Of a stretch of 12,988 nt of DNA, positions 1 to 7,654 are shown in pieces. Numbering within the stretch: the stretch's first letter is position 1; every line of letters starts with the position of its first letter. The notes under the pieces were generated by a model. It did not search any database and was not told the DNA's origin. It saw only the letters and a program-made list of their open reading frames with translations. The position numbers and the translations under genes are program-made. Source of the stretch: Pseudomonadota bacterium (GTDB lineage: Bacteria; UBA10199; 2-02-FULL-44-16; JBDRGF01). The stretch covers positions 1 to 12,988 of the forward strand of contig JBDRGF010000027.1 of assembly GCA_043818055.1 (NCBI GenBank), written 5' to 3'.

Positions 1-1
1 G

Positions 2-865
2 GAGCTAAAAAAGGTCTTCGAGGTCACCTCCGAGATCGGGGTGTTGGTCGGTTTGCACGCGGAGGATCCGGATATGGTCGCTAACCAGACAAACGCGGTC
101 ATCATGGGCAACGACTTGCAGGATTACTATGCTTCAAGAGCCGATCCGGTAGAATCAAAGGCTGTGGAACATGCCATCGGAATATTGAAACATGTCGAAG
201 ATGCGCGTCTTCATATAGTGCACCTTGCGAGTGCAGAGGCACTGAAACATATTGTCGAAGCAAAGGAAAACGCGCTCGAAGTTACAGCGGAGACCTGTCC
301 TCAATACCTCGCCTTCACCCACGAGGACTTCGATAAAATAGGAACATCGTTAAAATGCGCGCCTGTTGTTAAAACGCCCGATGATCGGGAGGCGCTGTGG
401 AAGGGGCTGGAAAACGGCAGCATAGACTTTGTGGCAACAGATCACGCGCCATGCACGAATGAGGAGAAGGAATCGGATATCATCTGGAATGTTTATAATG
501 GAATCTCAGGCGTGCAGTGGAGGATGCCCTATCTCTTCTCAGAGGGATATGTGAAGGGAAAAATCACTTTGAGTCAGCTCGTCGCAATCACATCCACGAG
601 GGCCGCAAAGCGTTTCGGGCTCTATCCCAGAAAGGGAGCGATAGCAGTCGGTTCGGACGCCGATTTTGTTTTCATCGATCCTGAAAAGAAGACTGTTGTC
701 AAAGGTGAAGAGGGTTTCTCGAAGGGTAAAATCACTCCATTTGAAAACTGGACATTCACGGGAAAAGTTATGAAGACAGTAGTAAGAGGCGAGGTCGTCT
801 ATTCAATTGGTGAAATCAACATGGATTATAGCTACGGAAAATGGATAAAGAGGGGATATCGGTAG
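2..865 (+). CDS. Cyclic amidohydrolase (allantoinase/dihydropyrimidinase/dihydroorotase family), 5'-truncated by the window edge
   Basis: Frame is open from base 2 (ELKKVFEVTSEIGVLVGLHAED), so the GTG at 41 is internal. Amidohydrolase motifs: LHAED, HIVHL, AETCPQYL, KCAP, ATDHAP, NGISG, KGAIAVGSDADFV, SKGKITPFE. The exact subfamily (AllB vs HyuA) cannot be resolved by eye. Confidence 0.88.
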   Translation, partial: ELKKVFEVTSEIGVLVGLHAEDPDMVANQTNAVIMGNDLQDYYASRADPVESKAVEHAIGILKHVEDARLHIVHLASAEALKHIVEAKENALEVTAETCPQYLAFTHEDFDKIGTSLKCAPVVKTPDDREALWKGLENGSIDFVATDHAPCTNEEKESDIIWNVYNGISGVQWRMPYLFSEGYVKGKITLSQLVAITSTRAAKRFGLYPRKGAIAVGSDADFVFIDPEKKTVVKGEEGFSKGKITPFENWTFTGKVMKTVVRGEVVYSIGEINMDYSYGKWIKRGYR

Positions 866-950
866 GGGGTCTATAACCCTGATTTCTTATTCCCTGATCA
901 TATTTTTTTCGCCTTGCCAGTTGTTCAATTTTAAACTATTTGGGCTAACC

Positions 951-2138
951 ATGAACCATAAAATTTTAGAACTGGCCAGCAAATATCGTCCTCAGATGTC
1001 CCAATTTCTCATCGACATCATATCGATCCCATCGATGAGCTGTCGTGAGAAACAGGTCGTGGAGCGGATCAAGGCCGAGATGGAAGGCTGTGGTTTTGAC
1101 GAGGTTAGGGTCGATGGCTTGGGATCTGTGATCGGGCGAATCGGGAGCGGGAAGAGGGTCTTGGCGTTTGATGCCCATATCGATACCGTCGATGTCGGCA
1201 ATCGCGATCTGTGGGAGTTTGATCCCTTCAAGGGTTTTGAGGAGGGTGGAAAGGTGTTTGGGAGAGGCGCCTCCGACCAAAAGGCAGGGATGGCCTCGAT
1301 GGTCTATGCGGGTAAGATCATCAAAGAGCTTGGTTTGGCTAAGGACTTTACACTGCTCTTCACCGGCACGGTGATGGAGGAAGATTGCGACGGCCTATGT
1401 TGGCAATATCTGATCGAGGAGGAAAAGATCAGGCCTGAAATCTGCGTGATCACTGAGCCGACAGCATTGAGGATCTATCGCGGCCATCGGGGACGTATGG
1501 AGATGCAAGTAGATGTCCCGGGGTTGTCAGCTCACGGTTCAGCGCCAGAGCGTGGTGACAACGCTATCTACAAGATGGCCCGCATCGTTTCCGGCATTGA
1601 AAAGCTAAACGAAAAACTTAAACAGGATGATTTTCTCGGCAAAGGCACGGTGGTCGTAAGCCAGATCGAAGGTCACGGCCCGTCGCAATGTGCTGTGGCG
1701 GACATCTCCCGCATATATCTGGATCGACGCCTCACGTGGGGAGAGACAAAGGAGAGCGCGATCGCCGAAATCGAACAGGTTATAAAAGAGGCACGCCTTG
1801 AAAAATATAAAATTTGGATCCCCGAATATAGAGAAAAGGCTTACACCGGAAAGATATATCCCACCGAAAAATATTACCCGACATGGAAGTTTGAGGAGAA
1901 TCATCCGGCAGTTCAATCGGCCATAAAGGCGTACAGAGAGCTATTCGATGAAAAGCCAACTGTTGATAAATGGACATTTTCAACAAACGGTGTTGCTATA
2001 GCCGGAAAGTATAAGATACCGTGCATCGGCTTTGGCCCGGGCTTTGAAGAACAAGCCCACGCGCCAAACGAATTCTGCCCCGTAGATCACCTTGAAAAGG
2101 CAGCAGCCTTTTATGCAAGTTTTCCATCAACGTGTTAA
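951..2138 (+). CDS. ygeY: YgeY-family M20 metallo-hydrolase
   Basis: DAHIDTV, GRGASDQKAG, GTVMEEDCDG, ITEPT, YRGHRGRME, SAHGSAPERGDNAIYKM, DRRLTWGE, KWTFSTNGV and GFGPG..QAHAPNE are characteristic of YgeY. ATG at 951 is preferred over the TTG at 921; no clear SD. Confidence 0.9.
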   Translation: MNHKILELASKYRPQMSQFLIDIISIPSMSCREKQVVERIKAEMEGCGFDEVRVDGLGSVIGRIGSGKRVLAFDAHIDTVDVGNRDLWEFDPFKGFEEGGKVFGRGASDQKAGMASMVYAGKIIKELGLAKDFTLLFTGTVMEEDCDGLCWQYLIEEEKIRPEICVITEPTALRIYRGHRGRMEMQVDVPGLSAHGSAPERGDNAIYKMARIVSGIEKLNEKLKQDDFLGKGTVVVSQIEGHGPSQCAVADISRIYLDRRLTWGETKESAIAEIEQVIKEARLEKYKIWIPEYREKAYTGKIYPTEKYYPTWKFEENHPAVQSAIKAYRELFDEKPTVDKWTFSTNGVAIAGKYKIPCIGFGPGFEEQAHAPNEFCPVDHLEKAAAFYASFPSTC

Positions 2139-2145
2139 AACAGAT

Positions 2146-2153
2146 TAAGGAGG
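2146..2153 (+). promoter_or_regulatory. Perfect Shine-Dalgarno TAAGGAGG
   Basis: TAAGGAGG followed by AAAAT and then ATG at 2159. Confidence 0.65.
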
Positions 2154-2158
2154 AAAAT

Positions 2159-2509
2159 ATGTTATTTGATCTATCACCACTCAATAAGCCAGTCGGAAGG
2201 CAGCTATTCAAACAGAAACGATTGGGAAGGAACGATTCAACAAAAGCATTTAAAAGAGCATTTGCAGCGAATGAACATCTCAAAAGTTCACAAAATTCTG
2301 TGTGGCAGGATGAATGTCGCGCATACTCTGTGCTCATCGATACATCCCGAGTGATTTTTGCAGATCGATTCAGAGGTACCCGCAACATCTCATGTCCGAA
2401 TGGTTTTAAAAATTTTGGTGAATTTAAATCTAGTCGGCCACTTATGATGGGAGGATTCAGTTTAGTGTTGCAAAACAGATCCTTCACGCAATTGCTTTTT
2501 GCGCGTTGA
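2159..2509 (+). CDS. Hypothetical basic protein, 116 aa (orphan or decayed gene)
   Basis: ATG 2159 with a perfect SD; fills the gap between ygeY and the carbamoyltransferase on the same strand; K/R/F-rich; no recognisable domain. Confidence 0.45.
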   Translation: MLFDLSPLNKPVGRQLFKQKRLGRNDSTKAFKRAFAANEHLKSSQNSVWQDECRAYSVLIDTSRVIFADRFRGTRNISCPNGFKNFGEFKSSRPLMMGGFSLVLQNRSFTQLLFAR

Positions 2510-2565
2510 GTGTGTGATAGGGGAAAGCAAATTAAACCTATCGTCCGAAAAATTTAGGAGGGGAT

Positions 2566-3579
2566 ATGTCAGCGTTTAAAGGGAAACATTTTATAACGAC
2601 TCAGGATTGGTCGAAGGATGAGATCGACCGGGCTCTCGAACTTTCTTACGATCTCAAGGAGAGAAAGAAAAAGGGGGAGATCACCAATTGGCTTGAGAAT
2701 CAGACGGTGTTTATGATGTTCTTCGAACAATCTACACGCACTAGAAATTCTATGGGATGTGGCATCACGCAGTTGGGCGGAAACTCGCACGATCTCACGC
2801 CAGATAAGATGCAGCTCTCACACGGTGAAACGGCAAAGGATACGGCGATAGTCCTCTCCCGCATGGGACACGCGATCGCCTGTCGCAATTGTTTCTACGG
2901 TCTGGGAAATAAATATTTAAATGAACTTGCAGCGAATTCGACGATTCCTGTGATGAGCTTGCAGGATGACTACTACCATCCGATGCAGGTGATGGCCGAT
3001 CTCATGGTCATGCAGGAGAAGTTTGGAAAAAATCTCAAAGGATTGAAGGTGACGATCAGCTGGGCGTATGCGACATCGCACGCAAAACCGCTCTCCGTTC
3101 CACAGTCTCAACTGCTGTTGTTCGCTCGCTACGGCATGGATATCACCGTTGCTGCGCCGAAGGAGTTTCCACTCATGCCAGAGATCGTAAAGACTGCTAA
3201 TAAGAATGCTAAAGAAAATGGTGGGGCGATTAAATTTGTAGATGATATGGATGAGGGCTTCAAAGGTGCGCAAGTAGTCATTCCAAAAAACTGGGGAGGT
3301 TTTAGGCATTTTGACAAATGGGAGGATTCAGATCAGCAAAAGCGCGAGATGAAATCAAATTTGGAAAAATATAAGAGCTGGATCTGTGACGAACGCCGCA
3401 TGGGGCTCGCCGATAAAGATGTAAAATATATGCATGCCCTGCCAGCCGATCGCGGCAACGAAGTAACAGATGCGGTCATTGACAACGAGAAATGGTCGAT
3501 CATCTACGACGAAGCCGAAAACCGCCTCCATACAGCAAAGGCGATCATGGCGCTCACGATGGGCGGTGTGGAGAGCTGA
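2566..3579 (+). CDS. Knotted-type carbamoyltransferase, YgeW-like (ATCase/OTCase superfamily)
   Basis: Carbamoyl-phosphate motifs STRT, HPMQ, HALPA and EAENRLH. ISWAYATSHAKPLSVPQ and PKNWGG resemble YgeW/AOTCase loops; the OTCase DxxxSMG motif is absent. SD AGGAGG at 2556-2561. Confidence 0.85.
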   Translation: MSAFKGKHFITTQDWSKDEIDRALELSYDLKERKKKGEITNWLENQTVFMMFFEQSTRTRNSMGCGITQLGGNSHDLTPDKMQLSHGETAKDTAIVLSRMGHAIACRNCFYGLGNKYLNELAANSTIPVMSLQDDYYHPMQVMADLMVMQEKFGKNLKGLKVTISWAYATSHAKPLSVPQSQLLLFARYGMDITVAAPKEFPLMPEIVKTANKNAKENGGAIKFVDDMDEGFKGAQVVIPKNWGGFRHFDKWEDSDQQKREMKSNLEKYKSWICDERRMGLADKDVKYMHALPADRGNEVTDAVIDNEKWSIIYDEAENRLHTAKAIMALTMGGVES

Positions 3580-3607
3580 AAAAGTGCGTAAGAGCTTAAG
3601 TTTTATG

Positions 3608-3697
3608 GCTGTGAGCTTTGTGCCATGCATTGTGCGCTGTCGGGTCTTTCGACTGAACTCGAACCAGGCGCACGACCCAAAGCGCAGGACGCACAGC
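3608..3697. repeat. Inverted array of degenerate heptamers
   Basis: Left arm: GCTGTGA GCTTTGT GCCATGC ATTGTGC GCTGTCG. Right arm (reverse complement): GCTGTGC GTCCTGC GCTTTGG GTCGTGC GCCTGGT. Confidence 0.7.
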
Positions 3698-3712
3698 GCG
3701 TTATTCTTCCAT

Positions 3713-3741
3713 TTGCAAAATTCCCACATAAAATGTACCCT
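3713..3741 (+). promoter_or_regulatory. Candidate sigma70 promoter for the cyclase
   Basis: TTGCAA (3713-3718), 17 nt, TACCCT (3736-3741); ends 11 nt before ATG 3753, which has no SD. Confidence 0.35.
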
Positions 3742-3752
3742 CCCCATTCATT

Positions 3753-5873
3753 ATGGGGGAGAAGAACAAGAAAAAATTAAGGCAGATATTTTCAGCAGCT
3801 TTTATCTGGGTTGTTGCCTCTGTTGCGGCTCTTACTATCTTCAGCATGGGGATATTTGAGACGCTGGAACACAAGACCTACGACCTTCGGATGGGTTTGA
3901 CTCAAAGGTGGCGCCCTGATCCCAAAGATGTCGTTCTCTTCTATGTAGATGAGGTCTCGCTTCGACAGATGGAGGAGAATGGTCTGAGTTGGCCGTGGCC
4001 CCGGGAGCTCTATTCATCCGCTTTGAGCTTTGCGAAGCGCGGTGGTGCCAGGGCTGTCGTATTTGATCTATTCTTCTCGGAGGATTCTGTTTATGGTGTA
4101 GGCGACGACCAGAATTTCGCGACAGGCGTTGCGAACGGCCCGCCGGCATACTTTGTCTTATTTCTCTCCAAAAACGAACCAAAGGCAGATCCTAGAATTG
4201 AACAGCTGATAAATAAGGCGAGGATCCCTTTTACAAAGCCCTATCCAAAGTGGATGCCAAAGGCGGCCTCTCTTCAATCGCTGCCGATCGAGCCATTGGT
4301 CGAGGCGGCTTCCGGGTTTGGAAATGCGAGCTTGCAACCCGATTATGATGGCGTCTATAGGAGAATAAATCTGATTTCATCTCTTGATGAGGCAGCGATT
4401 CCTGTGATCAGCCTCAAGGTCACAAGTGATTTGAAAGGATTAAAGAAAATTAAATGGCCAAGGATGAGTCAATTCAGACTGGATGATGAAAGGATTCCAC
4501 TCGACGATAGCGGTCAGATGCTCATCAATTATTATGGTGGGGCAGACACCTTTAAAAACTATCCTTTGTCAGGTATACTGATATCCGAGGCACAGATCGT
4601 TGATGGAAAATTGCCCGGCATCGATCCATCTATAGTAAAGGATAAGGTTGTCATCATCGGTGTTGCTGCGCCGGGGCTTTACGATCTCAAACCGACACCT
4701 CTTGCCAAGACGTATCCCGGCCCGGAGGTGCACGCGACTGTAATCGAAAATCTACTCACCGCCGATTTTATACGGCCGGCCGGCAGATTGCCATCGATAA
4801 TCATCCCGATCCTTTGCGCGCTGCTCGTCGTGATCGCCCTTTCGAGAAAACAGGCCTCATGGACAGTCGCGATCTGGCTCATCGTCATAACAGGGGCGCT
4901 CTTCGTATCCACTTTCGTATTGTTCAGATTTAAAATTGCTATGCCGATCGTTCCTCCATTCTCAGCTCTTTCTATCGCAGGATTTGTGATGATACTGAAA
5001 AACTACCTCACAGAGGGGAGACAAAAGCGGGAGATCAGAAAGGCATTCGGCCAATATCTCTCACCTCATATGGTGCAAAAGATCGCGGAGAATCCGGATG
5101 CCCTGAAGCTCGGTGGCGAGACGAAGGAACTCTCCATATTTTTCTCCGACATCGCCGATTTTACGACCTACTCCGAAGAGACCCCGGCCGAAAAACTCGT
5201 GGGAGAACTCAACCGGTATTTCTCGATGGCGACGAACATAATCAGAGATAGCGGCGGCACGCTCGACAAATATATCGGTGATGCGATCATGTGTTTCTGG
5301 GGAGCGCCGCTCGACATGACCGATCATGCAGCAAGGGCAATTGCAACTGCGATGGAGATTCAGAAGAATCTCACAAAGGATTATCCCTTCATCACGCGCA
5401 TCGGGATTCATACGGGGAACGCGGTCGTTGGGAACATCGGTTCTGACGTCCGTTTCAACTATACTATCATCGGAGACTCGGTGAACCTCGCATCGCGACT
5501 CGAGGGGCTCAATAAAAAATTCGGCACGCGAATCATCATAAGCGAACCTGCGTTCAAGTCGGCATCCGCAAGCATCGAGGCGCGCCAAATCGGAAGGGTG
5601 AGGGTGAAGGGAAAGAAAAACGCAGTCGGCATATACGAGCCTCTGGGGATGAAGGGTGAGTTTGGCGCGATCGGTGAGGCAAATTTAAAGCGATTCAACG
5701 AAGCATTTGATCATTATTCAAATGCAAGATTCAAAGAGGCTCATCTCATCTTTACAGAGCTTAACGAAAAGGTTTCGGATCTGGTATCCGGTTATCTAGC
5801 TAAAGAGTGCGAACGATTGATGAAGGAACCGCCGGAGCATTTTGACGGGGTTATGACATTTACAACTAAGTGA
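3753..5873 (+). CDS. CHASE2-domain membrane class III adenylate cyclase
   Basis: N-terminal TM; CHASE2 motifs (LEHKTYDLR, WPWPR, FDLFFSE, D.DGVYRR, DKVVIIG, DLKPTP, YPGPEVHAT); three TM helices; cyclase core FSDIADFT, DKYIGDAIM, RIGIHTG, YTIIGDSVNLASRLEG, VKGK; helical C-terminal tail. Confidence 0.93.
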   Translation: MGEKNKKKLRQIFSAAFIWVVASVAALTIFSMGIFETLEHKTYDLRMGLTQRWRPDPKDVVLFYVDEVSLRQMEENGLSWPWPRELYSSALSFAKRGGARAVVFDLFFSEDSVYGVGDDQNFATGVANGPPAYFVLFLSKNEPKADPRIEQLINKARIPFTKPYPKWMPKAASLQSLPIEPLVEAASGFGNASLQPDYDGVYRRINLISSLDEAAIPVISLKVTSDLKGLKKIKWPRMSQFRLDDERIPLDDSGQMLINYYGGADTFKNYPLSGILISEAQIVDGKLPGIDPSIVKDKVVIIGVAAPGLYDLKPTPLAKTYPGPEVHATVIENLLTADFIRPAGRLPSIIIPILCALLVVIALSRKQASWTVAIWLIVITGALFVSTFVLFRFKIAMPIVPPFSALSIAGFVMILKNYLTEGRQKREIRKAFGQYLSPHMVQKIAENPDALKLGGETKELSIFFSDIADFTTYSEETPAEKLVGELNRYFSMATNIIRDSGGTLDKYIGDAIMCFWGAPLDMTDHAARAIATAMEIQKNLTKDYPFITRIGIHTGNAVVGNIGSDVRFNYTIIGDSVNLASRLEGLNKKFGTRIIISEPAFKSASASIEARQIGRVRVKGKKNAVGIYEPLGMKGEFGAIGEANLKRFNEAFDHYSNARFKEAHLIFTELNEKVSDLVSGYLAKECERLMKEPPEHFDGVMTFTTK

Positions 5874-5904
5874 AGTTTCTATAATATGTGGTTACTTTAA
5901 TAAC

Positions 5905-6029
5905 TAACACCGTGTGCGAGTTTTTGTAGGGGCGGGTTTTAAACCCGCCCGCTTTAATATTTTCGGGCAGGTTTAAAACCTGCCCCTACAAAATCAATGT
6001 GTTACAAGAAAAACTCGCACACGGTGTTA
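5905..6029. mobile_element. MITE-like element with perfect 21-bp terminal inverted repeats enclosing a REP doublet
   Basis: TAACACCGTGTGCGAGTTTTT (5905-5925) is the exact reverse complement of AAAAACTCGCACACGGTGTTA (6009-6029); TA at both ends. Confidence 0.75.
5926..5989. repeat. GTAG-family REP doublet (REPIN-like)
   Basis: GTAG-GGGCGGGTTTTAAACCCGCCC (5926-5950) and an inverted copy GGGCAGGTTTAAAACCTGCCC-CTAC (5965-5989). Confidence 0.85.
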
Positions 6030-6049
6030 ACAACTAACACGGAGGTGTT

Positions 6050-6520
6050 ATGAGAATATTTGTAGTTTTAATGGCCCTGTTTTTAGTCTTTAGCGCTACT
6101 CTCTTTGCTAAAGGTGGTAGTGGTGGGGAGATGAACGTCGAGCTTAGGCAGGTTGTCGTCAAATCTTCACCAAACTATTTAGGCAGTTCGGTTGGAACGT
6201 TGAATTACGGGACAAAGGTGAACGTCATAGGTGAACAGCAGAACTGGTATCAGATATCATCTCCCGCAGGTTGGGTTCCGAAGAGTGCTTTGACAAAACA
6301 TAAGGTGAAGGTGAGCGCCGATCAGAAGGTCGCCGCGACTAGCGCTTCCCATGATGAGGTCGCGCTTGCCGGTAAGGGATTCAATCCACAGGTCGAGGCC
6401 CAGTACAAAAAAGACAATGCCAGTTTGAAAGCGGCCTACGCCGAAGTTGATAAAATAGAAAAATTTGGCGTAAGCCACGGCACGCTGGTCCAGTTTCAAA
6501 AATCGGGGAAGTTGAGATAA
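6050..6520 (+). CDS. Secreted SH3b-like domain protein
   Basis: SD GGAGG at 6041-6045; signal peptide ending LFA; SH3b-like pattern (KSSPNYLGSSVGTLNYGTKVNVIGEQQNWYQI...GWVPKSAL); C-terminal DEVALAGKGFNPQVE region. Confidence 0.8.
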   Translation: MRIFVVLMALFLVFSATLFAKGGSGGEMNVELRQVVVKSSPNYLGSSVGTLNYGTKVNVIGEQQNWYQISSPAGWVPKSALTKHKVKVSADQKVAATSASHDEVALAGKGFNPQVEAQYKKDNASLKAAYAEVDKIEKFGVSHGTLVQFQKSGKLR

Positions 6521-6527
6521 AATTTAA

Positions 6528-6601
6528 TTCCCCTCCTTGATAAGGAGGGGTTAGGGGTGGTTCTTTTACCCCTCCCCACCTCCCCTTATTAAAGGGAGGA
6601 G
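6528..6601. repeat. C/G-rich inverted palindrome doublet (REP-like)
   Basis: CCCCTCCTT-GAT-AAGGAGGGG perfect 9-bp stem (6530-6550) plus TTAGGGGTGGT; the inverted copy at 6568-6601 matches 23/34 by manual alignment. Confidence 0.75.
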
Positions 6602-6619
6602 TTAACATTCGGAGGAACT

Positions 6620-7489
6620 ATGAAAAAGAAAATTTATATTCTAACAACATTGGTTGCATTGATGATTCTCTCATATTGCACTTATGCTTTCGACTTTGGA
6701 AAGGTATTGCAGCAGACTGTGACAGGGGCGCAGCAGCTTGCTGAGGCCGCAAAGGATATCACGCCGGGAGAGGAGCATTACATAGGTCGTGCCGTAGCTG
6801 CTATGATACTCTCGAAATATCCGCTGATGAGCAACCCCGGGCTTACGCGATATCTCAATGAAGTAGGTTTGCTCGTCGCCTATTCATCGGAGAGGCCTGA
6901 GACATTTGGAGGCTATCACTTCGCTGTACTAAACAGCGATGAGCCAAACGCCTTCGCATGCCCAGGCGGTCTCATCCTCGTCAACAAGGGACTTCTAAAA
7001 CAGATTCAAAATGAGGATGAGCTGGCAGGCGTGCTCGGTCACGAGGTTGCTCACGTTGCGGACAGGGATGGCATCAAGGCGATCAAGAAATCACGCTGGA
7101 CCAAGTTCGCCTTTTACACAGCAGGCGAGGTGGGTAAACATTACACGCCGCAGGAAGTGAGTCAGCTGGTTGGTGAGTTTCAGAATGTTGTGACAGATGT
7201 CGCGAAGAGGGTCATGGATGCCGGATACAGCCAGAAAGATGAGAAAGAGGCCGATGAGAAGGGTATGATCTTCGCTGCCAACGCCGGCTACAATCCAAAC
7301 GCGCTGATAGATTTCATCAATCACGAAGCGGCCGCTGGAATTGGCCATGCGACAGGGCCGTTTTCATCGCATCCTAAACACGATATTCGGGTTATGAATC
7401 TAACAAAGGTGAAGGATTCGCTTGGCAGCTCAGCCGCGACTGAAGCCATCCGAACAGCTCGCTTCAAGGCCGCGATAGCTGGACTGTAA
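6620..7489 (+). CDS. M48-family zinc metalloprotease, exported (BepA/LoiP-like catalytic domain)
   Basis: SD GGAGG; signal peptide; PNAFACPGG, ELAGVLGHEVAH (HExxH), YSQKDEKEAD (third Zn ligand region), AGYNP, SSHP...R. Confidence 0.92.
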   Translation: MKKKIYILTTLVALMILSYCTYAFDFGKVLQQTVTGAQQLAEAAKDITPGEEHYIGRAVAAMILSKYPLMSNPGLTRYLNEVGLLVAYSSERPETFGGYHFAVLNSDEPNAFACPGGLILVNKGLLKQIQNEDELAGVLGHEVAHVADRDGIKAIKKSRWTKFAFYTAGEVGKHYTPQEVSQLVGEFQNVVTDVAKRVMDAGYSQKDEKEADEKGMIFAANAGYNPNALIDFINHEAAAGIGHATGPFSSHPKHDIRVMNLTKVKDSLGSSAATEAIRTARFKAAIAGL

Positions 7490-7506
7490 AATCAGCAATG
7501 TTAAGC

Positions 7507-7548
7507 CGCAGGCTCTTCGCCCCGTCGTATGACTGGGGTTAGCCTGCG
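7507..7548. repeat. Nested hairpin (degenerate REP-like element or bidirectional terminator)
   Basis: CGCAGGCT (7507-7514) pairs with AGCCTGCG (7541-7548) and encloses CCCC-GTC-GTAT-GAC-T-GGGG; lies between convergent genes. Confidence 0.55.
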
Positions 7549-7654
7549 CATTATAACGCTATCTCAAAGCCCGCTACATCAAAAAACTAATTATGACACA
7601 GTCTGGTAGGAGGGAATCCGGCATAAATCCAACTTAATCTGGATTCCTGTCTCC

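Noticed and set aside
866..900. Terminator after the amidohydrolase
   Set aside because: The AGGG...CCCT stem is only about 4 bp with no adjacent U-tract.
1996..2487. 163-aa minus ORF as the real gene in the ygeY gap
   Set aside because: It overlaps the ygeY 3' end by about 140 nt and starts at a GTG with no clear SD; the plus-strand ORF has a perfect SD.
3577..3591. Selenocysteine read-through of the carbamoyltransferase TGA, with the downstream hairpin as SECIS
   Set aside because: The protein is already complete and an in-frame TAA follows after three codons.
3355..3859. 130-aa minus and 129-aa plus ORFs spanning the heptamer array
   Set aside because: They overlap well-supported genes in other frames and their composition reflects the repeat.
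6381..6608. 75-aa minus-strand ORF (MLTPPFNKGRWGG...PPLTPPYQGGE)
   Set aside because: Its N-terminus is the translated palindromic repeat and the rest is antisense to the SH3b gene.
7481..7604. GGACTGT at the M48 stop as left TIR partner of ACAGTCT at 7598-7604
   Set aside because: Only a 6-bp match, compatible with chance.
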